52,395 nt of DNA from Fidelibacterota bacterium. Lineage in GTDB: Bacteria > Fidelibacterota > Marinisomatia > Marinisomatales > Marinisomataceae. This document shows positions 50,256-52,395 of this stretch, one piece after another; position 1 is the first letter of the stretch, and every line of letters begins with the position of its first letter. A model generated the notes under the pieces. The model was not told the DNA's origin and ran no database searches. It saw only the letters and a list, made by a program, of their open reading frames with translations. A program made the position numbers and the translations under genes. The DNA is taken from positions 1-52,395 of the forward strand of contig JABHGE010000027.1 of assembly GCA_018672235.1 (NCBI GenBank), given 5' to 3'.

Positions 50256-52395
50256 TGTCTTTTTTTGAAGGATACTCTGGACGCGAGTGATACAGCCCTG
50301 AAAGTACAGGCAACAATCCTTCTTTACCATCACGACGTCCTTTAATTTTTTGTAAATCACTCATTGTAAGCGGACATTCGTCTAATTGTCCATCTTGTAA
50401 GCGCGTTTTTATGGCTTCATCAATCATTTTCTCAAATTTTTCTAATGTTGGATTTTTTACCGAATTTGCTTGAGCTTCTATAGCTTCTGCAATCATTACT
50501 ATTGCTGTTTCTTTCGTAGATGGCTTAGGACCAGGATACCTAAATTCTTTTTCATCTATTGACTCAGGATTGTCAGATTCAGTAAGTGCTTTTTGGTAAA
50601 AATATTCTATTCTGTTTGTAGCGTGGTGAGTTGCAATAAATTCTTTCACAATCGATGGTATTCCATATTCATCTGCGAGCTCAAGACCATCAGTTACATG
50701 CTGTTTTAAAATTTTAACACTCATATGCGGACTAATAGAATCGTGTTTATTAATACCTATTTGATTTTCAGCATAATATTCTGGCTTTTTTACTTTACCG
50801 ATATCATGATAATATGCCCCTACTCTACAGAGCAGTGCTCTTGCTCCAATAGCATTTGCACAAGATTCTGCCAATGTACCCACTTTAACGCTGTGCGTAT
50901 GTGTTCCTGGAGCATCTTCCATTAGTTTCTTTAATAATGGCTGATCATAATCTAATAATTCAATCAGTGTTAAATCTGTCGTAATACCAAAAGAAGGTTC
51001 AAATAGAGGTACTAGTCCAAAAGATAATATAGGGCAAAGGAAGCTTGCCAATGCAAGATACCCGACATTAGAATAATTATAATCTAAGAAATCAATACCC
51101 TTAAAAAGCATTACAGAAAAGAAAACAAACACACTACAGAATACTAACAATAACATTGTCATAATAATTTGACGACGCTTTCTCAATCTGCGGACACTGA
51201 AAATAGCCATAAAGGAAATAAAAAATTGGATGATGGCAAAGTCTAAATCATTCCCAATCAATAGAGATACAAGCAATATTAGTATAGTAGAAACCATGAT
51301 TGCAACAGATGCATCAAGCAAAACTGTTACCAACATTGAAATCATCGCAATTGGTATAATATATACAGGCAACTGATAGCTCTGTACTATCCATGCAAAT
51401 AAAATCATGCTGTACATCAATAAGCTAATCAAAATTAAAATCTTATAATTTTTAAAATAATGATTACGATATATATATAAGAAAGAAAATAATAAGAATA
51501 TGAGGATAGAAATCACAAAAAATGCACCTAAATATTCTCTAATTTTATCTGCTGCTTTATCATAGCCTAATCGACGACCGGATTCAAACTGAAGAGATTT
51601 TAACTTCAATAATACATTATCTGTAATACGATTATTTGTATCAACAATTAATTCATTTGCCAATACAGTCCCTTGAAATCTAGAGACTTTATCCAATCTT
51701 TCTTTTTGACGCTTAAGAGTTAATTCTTTGTCAAAAAGAATGTTTGGCTTGGTAAATTCATTAATTAGCTCATAGCTAAGAATCGACTTAATATCTAATT
51801 CATCTGGATAAATAATATTGACTTCTTCTTTATTTTTTTTCCATGCAGATTCTATATCATTATAGTTTTTAACTGGGCCAATGACTAATTCTCCACCTTG
51901 AACGATACTAATATCTAAACTTTCAATACTTTCAAGAGGTTCGTCTAATAATCCTTCTGCCCAACGATTTAAACATATTTGCTTAATTGAATTTTTAAAA
52001 ATTTCTAAGTTAATAGGTTCTGCTAATTCGCCAGTAACGCCTAATAGCTGATCCCATTGCTTCCTATCTATTTGAAAAGAGTATTGATTTAAAAATGCAT
52101 TATAGAGCGTCACATATGTTGTACTGTCTGCTATAAAACTATTTTGAAAACTTTCAAACTCAGGCTCATATCTATATTTATATAGTGAATCCTGAGAGGC
52201 AATATATTCACTATGTGAATTGTCAATATCGCCTAAATACACGAAGAAAGTATCAATTTGTGAAATCTGCTTATTAACAAAATCTTGGTTTCGTTTAAAG
52301 CTATATGGAACAGATTCCTTTGCTTCCTCTAAATCTTTATTAAGCTTTTGCTGTGTTTTTAAGATACCAAAATCAAAAGGGGCAATAATAGGTTC
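50248..52395 (-). CDS. 7TM-HD family phosphohydrolase (PgpH-like), 5'-truncated by the window edge
   Basis: Frame open to 52395 (EPIIAPFDFGILK); extracellular domain, TM bundle, APGT..HS, YYHDIGK, ENQ, FRYPGPKP. Confidence 0.9.
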   Translation of the reverse strand, partial: EPIIAPFDFGILKTQQKLNKDLEEAKESVPYSFKRNQDFVNKQISQIDTFFVYLGDIDNSHSEYIASQDSLYKYRYEPEFESFQNSFIADSTTYVTLYNAFLNQYSFQIDRKQWDQLLGVTGELAEPINLEIFKNSIKQICLNRWAEGLLDEPLESIESLDISIVQGGELVIGPVKNYNDIESAWKKNKEEVNIIYPDELDIKSILSYELINEFTKPNILFDKELTLKRQKERLDKVSRFQGTVLANELIVDTNNRITDNVLLKLKSLQFESGRRLGYDKAADKIREYLGAFFVISILIFLLFSFLYIYRNHYFKNYKILILISLLMYSMILFAWIVQSYQLPVYIIPIAMISMLVTVLLDASVAIMVSTILILLVSLLIGNDLDFAIIQFFISFMAIFSVRRLRKRRQIIMTMLLLVFCSVFVFFSVMLFKGIDFLDYNYSNVGYLALASFLCPILSFGLVPLFEPSFGITTDLTLIELLDYDQPLLKKLMEDAPGTHTHSVKVGTLAESCANAIGARALLCRVGAYYHDIGKVKKPEYYAENQIGINKHDSISPHMSVKILKQHVTDGLELADEYGIPSIVKEFIATHHATNRIEYFYQKALTESDNPESIDEKEFRYPGPKPSTKETAIVMIAEAIEAQANSVKNPTLEKFEKMIDEAIKTRLQDGQLDECPLTMSDLQKIKGRRDGKEGLLPVLSGLYHSRPEYPSKKDND

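Overview
AT-rich, very compact bacterial chromosome segment with about 45 CDS. All but three are on the minus strand, and most overlap or abut their neighbours. Gene content (Ig-like lipoprotein, DUF4835, DUF2723, DUF1844, 7TM-HD, GEGNGG-type phosphohexomutase) points to an FCB-group organism, most plausibly a streamlined marine Marinimicrobia/SAR406 genome; this is an inference. Most of the window is housekeeping and envelope genes: tgt, lpxH, argF, rpoN, lptBC, kdsCAB, pyrG, gatC, a MacAB-TolC-type exporter, cca, recG, valS, glmM-like, rpsU, rsmA, tatD, metG, holB, envC, mazG, ybeY and a PgpH-like 7TM-HD gene. There are two tRNA genes, a partial tRNA-Arg(UCU) and tRNA-Asn(GUU). I saw no integrase, transposase, CRISPR array or defence system. 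Most interesting signals: (1) a tRNA-bounded phosphorus-acquisition module (porin, beta-propeller phytase, divergent PiT-like transporter) with a Pho-box-like 11-bp repeat; (2) a TMEM260/DUF2723 GT-C enzyme coupled to a GT2, a candidate protein O-mannosylation system, with D-S/T-hydrophobic sequons in exported proteins; (3) loss of structural Zn-cysteine motifs in five unrelated housekeeping enzymes; (4) repeated -10 boxes 4-8 nt before operon-head ATGs, suggesting leaderless mRNAs, including rpsU; (5) an ECF-type promoter ahead of the efflux operon; (6) a metallopeptidase-propeller-Omp85 fusion; (7) an lptC-lptB junction with no lptA. All family calls come from motif recognition by eye, not database searches.
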